From the NCBI RefSeq assembly GCF_009834535.1, contig NC_045700.1, positions 60,326,001-60,390,000 of the forward strand: 64,000 nt of DNA. Reading direction: 5' to 3'. How positions within the stretch are numbered: position 1 is the first letter of the stretch; each line of letters opens with the position of its first letter. This stretch comes from Camelus ferus. Its lineage: Eukaryota. The notes below the pieces were generated by a model. It worked only from the letters and a program-made list of their open reading frames with translations. It ran no database searches and had not been told where the DNA came from. A program made the position numbers and the translations under genes. Below are positions 50,701 to 60,933 of the stretch, piece by piece.

Positions 50701-51946
50701 CAGTTTTCACCACATCTCTCACTTAGATTCTCTAACCTACCCCCAAGGAATGATGCCACTCCTCTGTCCTTGAACCTATGCTTAGTGAAAGAAGGTTGTT
50801 ATTTTTCTTTCTGTATGTATTTTTCTATCATTTTCTATCTCTCTAGGTTGGTGGTTTAACATAATATTTTTGATCAGATTAGTATGCACCCAGTGGATTA
50901 CTTCTCTGCTGAAGGAATGAAAACCAATTCTCAGGCTCACACTAAAAGAAGCAGCAGAAAGTCTTATTCTAACTCCACCCCCTCAACTACCATTTTGAAT
51001 CAGTTCTATCAGTAATACTGGGTGCCCATCTTCAATCAGCATTACATGCTACAGCCTTGGTAGAACTTGGTTTAATAAGTATATATTTCAGCCTATAAAG
51101 GTAATGTGCACTTGTCTGTTAAGTTCAAAGTTTTGATCTCACCCAAAATAGCATTTTGGCATTTTGGGTTTTGCAAAAGAGCCTATTGATAGGCAAGACA
51201 AATGCCATCCCATACCACATTTGTCTTAACATTCTTTTTTATGACAGTTGATAGCATGTTTTTCAAAGCTTTGGCATAAAATTTAAGTTATCTGTGACCT
51301 TTCCTGGCTCTACTTATAGCAATTATGTCTCAACTCTCACAAGAAAATTGATATAAAACAGTTTCCAATCTCATCAAGTTCCCCTAACGTGCCTTAAAGC
51401 AATAATATGTGACTTATATTCTTGCTTTGGAAGCTTAAATGTAAATGATGTATCATTACCCCAAAGATTATCTTTTGAATCTGACAGATATTACCTTTCT
51501 AAAATCATATATGGCCTACATAAGCTTTAATAAAAATAGTAAATTTCCCCATGTGGAAGCTAATATGTAATTATTAGGTTGAACTATTTGAAACTGCCAA
51601 CATTTGACAGTTTTTGACCAATAAAAATGGCAATTTCATGTGATTCAAACTAACATTATACATATTATGTTGTTGTATTTTTATATATACATGTGATGAA
51701 AATATACAAGAAAAAAATTGGTCATTTTCCTCCTTCAAATTCTCTCCTATTCCTATATTCCTTATCTTGATGACTGCACCATTGATTACTCACTTGTCCA
51801 AGTAAACCTGGAAGTTATAATTAAGTCTTCCATCTTCCCTTCCTTTTATATCCAATTGGTAATGGACTCTATTTTTCCTTAAAATATCCTAAAATTGCTA
51901 TGCAGGCTTTGTTGCTGTTGCTACTGCCTTGCCTTAATTTATAATC

Positions 51947-52110
51947 TGTCACAGATGGGGTTCCCCAGGAAGCAGACTGAGATAGAGGCTATGTGCAAGC
52001 GATTTATTCAGGAGTGTTCTTGAGAGTGCAGTGTGCCAGAGAGAAGACATGGAAGTGATGGTAGGTGGGCCACTTCTGCTTCTAACTCACAGGTCTCAGA
52101 CCAATGTCTT
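51947..52110 (-). mobile_element. ERVL-class LTR 3' end (LTR16/LTR33-like)
   Basis: gggttccccaggaagcagactgaga...gatttattcaggagtg, which gives AATAAA on the minus strand. Confidence 0.55.
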
Positions 52111-52152
52111 TCAACTACAAAGAAATTGCACCCTACAAACGTCATTAGTTTA

Positions 52153-52365
52153 AAGTATGATTTCTCATCCTTGGTACTATTATCATTTTGGGCAAGATAA
52201 TTCTTCATTGTGGGGCTCTCCTGTGTAATGTAAGATGTTTGGCAGTATCATTGGTCTCCATCCACTAGATGCCAGTAGCAACCACCCATTGTGACAACCA
52301 ACAATGTCTCTAGACTTTGCCAAATGTCTTCTGGGGGCAAAATTGCCCCTGGTTGAGAAGCATTG
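52153..52365. mobile_element. MER20 hAT-Charlie MITE
   Basis: gataattcttcattgtgggg...ctagatgccagtagc...tgccaaatgtcttctgggggcaaaattgcccctggttgagaagcattg. Confidence 0.88.
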
Positions 52366-52379
52366 GTTAAAGTACATAC

Positions 52380-53290
52380 TGGAGACATACACTGGAGGAT
52401 GGTATTCCATTGTTGCAAAGCATTGCCTCTGGACTATCATTCAGCTGTGTTGTCAGCTTTCTGGGTGGTGTTTAATGTGACATGCCCAGTGGATCTGTTG
52501 GTCATGCACTCATTCTCACAGTTTCTTTGTTGTCAGATGGGTTCCTTAGTCTAACACAATGTATGTAGGATGCCACATGAATGGAGCAAACACCATATAA
52601 ACCTGAGGCCCTGTGGGCAAAAAAGGCAAGTCAATACCTGAAGTATCTTCCTCTTTCTGTAAAAAAAAAACCAAACCCAAAACAAAGAAACAAAAAACCC
52701 AGCTGTTTCTTTCATGATAACGATGATCTAATGTAATCAATTTGCTACCAAAAAGCTGACTGTTCTCCTTGAGGGCTGGTGCCATATTGAAGAATTCAGT
52801 ATTAGTTTCTGCTGCTGGAGGATTGGACATTTGGTAGCAACAGTAGCTACATCAGTCTTGGTAAATGAGAGTCTAGGCAGCTGGGTCCATGCGTAGCCTC
52901 CTCCTCACCATCACAACTACTCACTCATATTTCCATTGAGATGGCACTGTTGTGGATGAAGAAGAGACTGGTTGATATCAACTGGATGAGTTTTTGCTCT
53001 ACCTGATTGTTTATTGCCTCTTCCACGGTAAGTCCTTTCTGAGCATGTTGCATGTGATAGAAATATTTTCATTCTGTGCCCACATGCACATGTTCACTCA
53101 GATGTCTCTAGCCCAGAACTTTCAGGTCCCTATCCAGTTAGCCAAGTCATGAACTTACATGTGTTCTAGCTTCAGGATATGCCTCTTTTCTCACAAAGCA
53201 ATGTCTAAGTGCACCACCTAAAGTTCCATTCATTAGAAGCATTTGCCCTCACTATTTACTTTCAAGGACACCTCTAAGTAGGACCCTAGT
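52380..53290 (-). mobile_element. ERVL internal remnant: RNaseH-integrase (dead)
   Basis: Translated by hand at ~52900-52803: GGYAWTQLPRLSFTKTDVATVATKCPILQQQKL, resembling the ERVL integrase zinc-finger region. Confidence 0.8.
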
Positions 53291-53319
53291 ACAGCTGCCA
53301 TTCATATCAGCGCACATCT

Positions 53320-53825
53320 ACATAACAGCCCAACCCAAGTCAAGCACAGCGTGGCTGAGTTTTCTGCTCAGGGTGTCCCAAGTCTGAAACTGGGGTGTCA
53401 GCCCAGCTAGGTTCTCCTCTGGAAGTTGTGAGGAAACTCAAGTCCTCCAAGATCATTCTTACTGTTGTCAGAGTTTAGTTCCCTGCAGTTGTGGAACCAA
53501 GGTCCTGATTTTCTTACTGGCTGTCAACCAGGATCTTCTCTTAGTAGCTAGAGGCCTACTGCATTTCTCCACATATGGACACCCTAATCTTTCAAGCCAG
53601 CAATCCTCCTGTGTCTGATCTTTCTCCTTTTTCAAATCTCTAGCTTCCTCTTCTCCACCCATGTGGAGAAAACTTTATTTTAAAAGATTCATTTGAAAAG
53701 GTCAGACATACTCAGATTATCTTCCTACTTTAAGGTCAACTGATTTAGGACCTTAATTATATCTGAAAAATCCCTTCCTAGCAATAGTTAGATTCATGTT
53801 TGATTGAATAACTGGGAGAAGGTAG
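53320..53825 (-). mobile_element. MaLR LTR (MLT1F-like)
   Basis: ttcttactggctgtcaaccagg...ttaaggtcaactgatttaggaccttaattatatctg. Confidence 0.75.
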
Positions 53826-53869
53826 TAATATTTATATTTCTTTGTATCCATTAGATTTGGAAGTACTTT

Positions 53870-54570
53870 CTTTTTTTCTTTTTTGTATATCTATATATAT
53901 ATATATATATATTTTATTGAAGTATAGTCAGTTTACAAATGTGTTAATTTCTAGTTACAGCATAATGCTTCATTCATATTCAGTCATACATGAACATACA
54001 TATATTCATTATCATATTCTTTATCACCATAAGTTATTATAAGATATTGAATATAGTTCCCTGTGCTATACAGTATGAACTTGTGTATCTATTTTATATA
54101 TATCAGTTAATATCTTCAAATCTCAAAATCCCAATTTATCCCTTTCCACCCCCTTCCCACCCTGGTAACCGTAAGTTTATTTTCTATGTCTGTGAGTCTG
54201 TTTCTGTTTTGTAAATAAGTTCGTTTGTCTTTTTTTTTTTTAAGATTCCACATATAAATGATACGATATGGTATTTTTCTTTCTCTTTCTGTCTTACTTA
54301 ACTTAGAATGATGATCTCCAGGTCCATCCATGTTGCTGCAAATGGCATTATGTTATCATTTTTATGGCTGAGTAGTATTCCATTCTATAAATATACCACA
54401 ACTTCTTTATTCAGTCATCTGTCAATGGACATTTAGGTTGTTTCCATGTCTTGGCTATTGTAAATAGTGCTGCTGTGAACATTGGGGTGCAGGTGTCTTT
54501 TCAAATTAGAGTTCCCTCCAGATACATGCCCAGGAGTCAGATTGTTGGATCATGTGGTAAGTCTGTTTTT
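53870..54570 (-). mobile_element. 5'-truncated lineage L1 (ORF2 end plus 3'UTR)
   Basis: ccatccatgttgctgcaaatggcatt...ggacatttaggttgtttccatgtcttggctattgtaaatagtgctgc. The minus ORF 54116..54331 is L1-derived. Confidence 0.92.
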
Positions 54571-56585
54571 ATAAACTGGAAACTACTTGAAGGCAGAGAA
54601 CTTTTTTTTGCCCTCTGTATCCCCATCACATCTCTCAATCTCCTTCATCCATTTCTGTGCTTGCTGCTTATCAGGCACTCATTAAACATAAAGGTAAACA
54701 GATTTTCAGTGATCCCATCTTTCTTTCAATAAATATCAATAGAATACCTAAAAAGATAAATATCAAGATATTAATATTGGTTATCTCAGGGGTTATATGA
54801 TTTTTACTTTTGACTAAGTTGCATTTTCATATTTATAAGTAATAACCAGAAACCATTACTATAAAAATTAAGACCAGTCATAGCATCTACCTACCTTCTG
54901 TCCAGGATTCTTTTGTGTAACAGAAAATATATCTTCAAAAGTGTATTTCCATCATGGTGTTAGAGGACAAGGGTGCCATCAGTGGATCAGAAAGTCTTTA
55001 GTGATAGAAACGGATAGGATCATAGTGACAGACAAACAGACTGAAAAACAAATGCACAAGAGGAGAGGACTTGAAGAGATAAGAGAAAGTCCAAGAGATA
55101 TTCCAAGCTCAAAGAAACAACAGACACTGAGAAGGTATCGGAATACCATCAGGGGTTAATTAATTGTGTTGGGAGCATAGATAGTGTTCCAGTACTAATA
55201 TTTTTTAAGAAAGTACCCCTCTTTCTTTAACACATAAGACAGAGTCATTCTAATTTTCTCTGTACGGTGTTATCATTTGACTTTACCATTTTGGTAACAT
55301 GAAACAAACATATAACCTTTACTTGAAGCATATTTAAATGATGTTGAAATCTAATAAAATTTATGGCCCAATTCTTTGCAATTGCTCCAATATTTTCCCT
55401 TTCTTAAACCAAAGTTATGAGTAAAAATACCATTTCTTTTTAAATGATTTCACGTAATAAAAATGTAAAGTCTAGATTAAATAGATCTTTTTACTACTGC
55501 TCATTCTGCTATATTCTCCTTACGAAATTGGTATTTTGTGTTCAATTGCTTAATTTCAACTGAAATTGGAAGACCAAAGCAACTTAGGCTAATAATAACA
55601 GAATTGCCTCACACTGGTATAGTTTCATATTTTTCAAAGCACCTTCTTATTATTGAATTTTGTCTCCCAACAAATCTAGTTATTATTTCTCATTTGATGT
55701 ATGAGGGAAACGAGGCACCAAAAGGTTAAGTGACTTGGTTTTAGTTACACCATTTAATTAGTGATGGAGCTAAGGCTGGCACCAAGTGCTTCTGCATCTG
55801 CTCCAGACTTTTTTCCTTCTCTGACTATTCCAGGAGTCCTGATATTGTCATGGAACTGGGCCAGGAGTGTCCCCTCCCCAGCAAAACTCTAAGCTCTTCA
55901 AAGTAGAGTTCAAGGAGATTGTCAGTTCTTGGAACACCCTTCCAAATTCTGCAAGAGAATGTGGAAACTCTAATGAGATTGGCAATCTAGTCTTTGGAGA
56001 AATGAGAAGGATCAAGATTACATGGGTCCCACTGGGAATCAGATAAAAGCAGCATTAGGTGAATGGGTTGCGGTGAAGTGTGAGGAACAAGCTCGTAAAG
56101 TAGCAGGTTAGAAATTACCGGTTAACACAGCCTCCATGGAAGTTTTCTAGAAAGTGGGAGTGTTCCTGGAGAATGATCAGAAGTCTGAGGCTGTGAGAAA
56201 TGGGCTAATTCAGGGCCTTTTCCATCCTTCAGCAGCCGAAATAGGACTACAGAGCAGGTGACTATCAAGTGACAGCTACGTTGTCACTAGAAAATGTATG
56301 CATTTTCAAGGTACTCAGTGCCAGGAACTGGAGGGGAGGATTTGGGGAGGAAAATTTAAAATTTCAAGGCCTGGCATTCAGAATTACTCAAGGTATCAAG
56401 GCCTCAAATGTCTCTTGTGACCTTAAAACTGGCATCTAGGAATATGGATATCCAGAAAGAGAGGATTTGCCAGGGCTGGCTTGTTGATTCTGGCCACACA
56501 ATTACAAAAAGACAAGGCCTTAGCCCCTGTACCAGAACTGGACAGACTGTGCCAATATGGATTCAAACAAGATGCTCTGGAACAA

Positions 56586-56726
56586 GGGGGAGGGTATAGC
56601 TCAAGTGGTAGAGGGCCTGCTTAGCATGCATGAAGTCCTGGGTTCAATCCCCAGTAACTCCTCTAAAAATGAATAAATAAACCTAGTTACCTTCCCGCCC
56701 AAAAAAAGTTTAAAAAAATTTTTTTA
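56586..56726 (+). mobile_element. tRNA-derived camelid SINE (vic-1-like, long-tail form) with a 14-bp TSD
   Basis: A box tagctcaagtgg and B box ggttcaatccc. TSD atgctctggaacaa (56572-56585) / atgctctgggacaa (56727-56740). Confidence 0.93.
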
Positions 56727-56885
56727 ATGCTCTGGGACAAAGTCACAAAGATAATCCCAGTTGCTGTGGGAAGTTATAGGAACAATTTACAGTAAGATTT
56801 TTTTTTTCTGAAGAATCTCAGAGAGACAGAAGCAAGGTCAGAAGAAATTTGTCAAAGGTGGTGAAGACAATTTAGAAGGAGGAGG

Positions 56886-57510
56886 TGATGCAGGAAAACA
56901 GATGTAGGGCATAAGGAGGGCTGTATCCCAGGTCTCAGTTGAGCCCCTGGGACATGCCCTGCCAAGTGTGGGTCCTTGGCTTCGCACAGGAAAGAATTCA
57001 AGAGCGAGCCACAGGTGAGTCGAGGTAGATTTATTCAGAGATACATTGAAAGGCAAGAGAAAGGCCACGAGTTGTGGGGGTTGGGGGCTCAGATTAAAAG
57101 TAGGTACACATTCCATAGACAGAATGTGGGCCGTCTCCGAAGAGGGAGAGAGCGGCGGCCGCGAGGCGCCGTGTTGCTGGTTTTTATGGGCTTGGTGGCT
57201 TCATATGCTAATAAGTGGAAGGACCAGTCTAAGCAGCCTGGGGAAGCAGCTGGGATTCCCAGGAAGCTGGCCATTTCCCACTCTTTGACGTTTTGTGGCT
57301 AGCCTTGGGACGGCCATGGTGCCTGTGGGCACGTCATTCACCATGTTAGTATGTTACAATGAGCGTATGATGAAGCTCAAGGGTTTCTAGAAGTCAAATC
57401 TCCCACTGTCCTGCGCCTCACGGCCTGCTGGGGGTTGACTCTTTCACCATTTTGCTGTTAATTGCTGTGGCCTTCCTTGAATGGCTGTGCCCTGCCCCCT
57501 TCCTGTCTCA
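56886..57510 (-). mobile_element. Young CpG-rich ERV1-type solo LTR
   Basis: 4-bp TSD GAGG (56882-85 / 57511-14). Termini TGAGACAGGA...TCCTGCATCA on the minus strand. Minus-strand AATAAA at 57030-35 and TATA-like cataaaaa at ~57181-88. Confidence 0.9.
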
Positions 57511-57689
57511 GAGGAATGGGAGAGACTTGGCTTCTTTCAGGTGACAGGTAAAGCACAAAAGGAGTTTGCATAGGGAAGTCCCAGTTCAGAAGAGGGGCAC
57601 TACAGTCACTTGTTGTGATTCGGCCCCCCACCCCACCCCGTTCCAGTCCAGCTCCCCACAGGGAGATTTCATCACTAAATGCAGCTTTG

Positions 57690-58234
57690 TGTGACTGACG
57701 CACACTGAGGCCAAATAAACCAAAACGTCTGAGTCTGGATCAGAGAAAGGATTATTGCAGGGCCAAGCAAGGAGAATCTGTGGCTCATGCTCAAAAAAAA
57801 TCCAAACTAACGGTTTCTGGGGAGAAGTTTTTAACAGGCAAATTTTGGGGTGAGGGCTGCAGGGTGTGTGACTTTCTTCTGATTGGTTGGTGGTGAGGTA
57901 ACCAGGCCATGTTCCAGGAATCTTGTGCTCAGCCTGAAGTTATTATTCTCCACTTGGGTGGGAGCTTTAGTTCCCAAAATAGAATCCAAAGATACTGTTA
58001 TGTATATTCCTTAAGGAGGAACCAGAACCTTGCCTCAAGGTTGTGTTATTGTTTCTTGACTGCTCCCTTTGTTTCTACATTCCCTGACTTCCCTGATTAG
58101 CAACTGTTTGAATCTGCCCTTTGGTCTTCAGGAAAGTCTAGGAGATTGAAGTCTTTTCCTGCAAATAAGAAACAGAAGGCACATAGAAAGGCTTTTGTAT
58201 CCAGGAGGGCCCCACAGGGTCCTGCCTGGTTTCA
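57690..58234 (-). mobile_element. ERV1-type solo LTR (same family as 37282-37908)
   Basis: Minus strand starts TGAAACCAGGCAGG; near-TSD tttg/attg. Confidence 0.82.
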
Positions 58235-58436
58235 ATTGCCCAAAGAAAGGAACACCCAGCCCCCGACAGAAAGACACACAGAAAAGCTCAGGTCCTGGTT
58301 AGGCTCCACTTGCTAATGTCCAGGTGGTTCAGGCTACCTGTTCCCTGACAGGATAGACATGACCACCTAAGCACCAGTCCTCTGGTGTCCCATGGAAGAC
58401 AAGGAGTGCTGGATCTCTGCTGAGAAAAACAATCAG

Positions 58437-58438
<2 letters not shown>

Positions 58439-58492
<54 letters not shown>
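58439..58492. repeat. (GT)27 microsatellite
   Basis: Read directly from sequence. Confidence 0.97.
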
Positions 58493-58495
<3 letters not shown>

Positions 58496-58571
58496 GGGTA
58501 GGTAGGCATCTTGAAGGAGAACATCCATGAGGCAAATTCTACCTTGGTCCTCGGGCAGGACTGAGCCCCAG

Positions 58572-58880
58572 TGTTGCTGAGTCCAAACTCGTTCTGCTCA
58601 CTGCACGACAGGCCAATAAATTGGGAGACGAGGTGTTGGGACAAGGAATAGCGACTTTATTCAGAAAGCCAGCAGACTGAGAGGATGGCAGACTAATGTC
58701 TTGGAGAATCATCCTGTTCTAGTCAGAATACAGGCTCCTTTTGTACAAAAAACAAGGGAGGGTTGTGGGTGATTGTTGCAAACTTCTTGCTGCAGGCATT
58801 TTTTCTGGCAGCCATCCAAGGGGGCCAGGTCATGGTGTCCCTGTAAACTTCCAACAAAACAAAGGTTATTCTCTATTACA
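58572..58880 (-). mobile_element. Partial ERV1-type LTR (R/U5 end)
   Basis: Minus strand has AATAAA (58656-61) and ends ...gtttggactcagcaaca. Confidence 0.7.
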
Positions 58881-59039
58881 CCAGTTGTCCACAAGGGTGA
58901 CCTAGTCATTAACACTAAATCTTTTATTGGGTTTGTGCCTTACCCGTCTCTCTGCACCATACCCTACAATGTTTCTTAGGATCACCTCTTAAATTACACC
59001 CAAATTCTTTCTCAGGATCTGCTATTGGAGGCAACTAAA

Positions 59040-59790
59040 CCAAGACAATTTATAAGAGTAGAGACAAGGAAAGTAGTTACAAAGTTATTGCAATAATCCA
59101 AATAGAAGATGATAATGGTTCAATCAGGATGGTAGGACTGGAGGTAATTGGATGTGGTCAAGAGAGGTTGAATTTTCAATGTAGTTTGAAGTTAGATGTA
59201 AAAAGGTGGATGTATGATACGAGGTGAAGAAGGAGTCCAGGTGTCCAAAGATGTTGCCTGGATTAACTGGACTGATGGAGTTTCTTTCAGGTGAGACAGA
59301 AAGACCAGGAAGAGCAGATTTTTCCGGAGAAGATACAGAGCTCAGTTTGGGTCAGCTTCACTTTGAGATGCCTACTAAATATTCAAGAGAGGCTTTCAAG
59401 TAGGTAGTTGGATACATGAGTCTAGCATTCAGGAGGTAGGCCCACCAAAGGGGCATAATGGCAGTCATTGGTATATAGATGATATTTCCAGCACTGAGAT
59501 CATCAAGAGAGCAAATATAGAGAGAAAGAGAAGATGACCAAAGCCTGAGTACTGGCTCCTTCCAGTATTAAGAGGCTAGAGAGACAAGAAGGAACAAGGG
59601 AGATCAAAAAGAAGCTATCTGTGGAATAGAAAGAAAACCCAGGAGGTGGGATGTCCAAGTGGGAGGCCATGTGGGGAAAAAAGTATATTGAGGGAGAGGA
59701 GTAATCAGCTGTATAAAGTGCTGCTGATCAGTTCGGTTAAATGAGGAATGTGCATTTGCGAGTGGATTTAACAATGAAAGATCAGTTCAA
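59040..59790 (-). mobile_element. L2 fragment
   Basis: gatacagagctcagtttggg...tttgagatgcctac...gagtctagcattcagg. Confidence 0.8.
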
Positions 59791-60456
59791 GCCTGCTGAC
59801 AAATTTTTGGTGTCCAAAACCCTTCGTGAGTCCATTGAGCTTCAGTGGATATCTGAGCATTCCTGGAACTAAATGCAATCCATGCTTTCTCAAGAAGATG
59901 AGGAGGGTATGCGTGAAAAGAAGGCAGGACTCTTAAGATGAACTTTGGCTGCTTTGCAATTTTGCCTAGAGTCAGCCATGTCTTTGACAATAAGACATTA
60001 GGACCAATAAGAATGGCAGATGAACACACTCCCTTTAGTGCTCTGGGGGGAAAATACTATAACACTAGAATCTCCTGGCAGTAGAGCCAGATTAATTTAC
60101 TCAAGTCTTTATAATAGATTTTTTTTTCTGTAAAATAAACTAGATGGTAATTCTACTGAACGAGAGTACCTAAAATTTCCAATCCTAGTGTTTTGGCTTA
60201 TTATAATCAATGGGAGATGCCCTAGAAATGATGACTGGATTCAGGATGGTGCAGCTACCGGATAATAATGCTGGAAACCACCAGACAATATGCCTTCATT
60301 GTTCAGTGAAAACTCAAAAGGGATAATGCCAAAAAGCTTTATATACAAAAAGTGACTGACTCTTAGAAAGGAGAAGGCAAAATAGGTTCACGTAATCACT
60401 TCATCCGTTCTCTGCGTGGCAAAAAGTTGTTCTGTGTCTAGTTTTAAGTTGGGTAC

Positions 60457-60933
60457 TGTCGACTGAAGTAAATGCACAGCCCAAAAGTTGAGAGTTATGT
60501 TTTATTTGGCAGGGAGGACTCGAGCCGGGATGACAGCCTCTCAGATGGCTCAGATGGACTGCTCCAAAGAGGTAGGGGAGGAGCTAGGATATATAGGAGC
60601 TTTACAACAAAGACCAGGTAGTTGGAACAATAAAAGATTACTTATTATCTAAAGAAAACCATCTCAAGTTAGAGAATTTAGCACTTTTCTGTGTATGGGA
60701 GGAAGCAAACATTTGGGCTCATTGAATTCATTCCTTTAACAAGCATCTAGCTATTTAGGGCCAGTATATTGTCCTTTATTATTCTGAGTCCCCTCAGAGG
60801 GCACTCATCGTGAGTGGCTGCAGAAGCTGGGCTGCAGGCTTGTCTTCAGCGGGGGTGGGGGCAGCTGCTGATGACTTGACGGCTTTAGCATTCTTTGTTT
60901 ACTGATATGGTTTGCAGTATTTTTTCATTCACA
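60457..60933 (-). mobile_element. ERV1-type solo LTR with a perfect 4-bp TSD
   Basis: TSD GTAC (60453-56 / 60934-37); TG...CA termini; minus-strand AATAAA at 60501-06 and TATATA at ~60590. Confidence 0.9.

Noticed and set aside
56586-56660. The tRNA-like heads (also at 21845, 34546, 45329) as tRNA genes
   Set aside because: They have A-rich tails, a TSD in one case, divergent arms and no acceptor stem, so they are SINEs.
58288-58644. His-Thr repeat ORFs
   Set aside because: They are translations of the (GT)27 microsatellite and LTR sequence.
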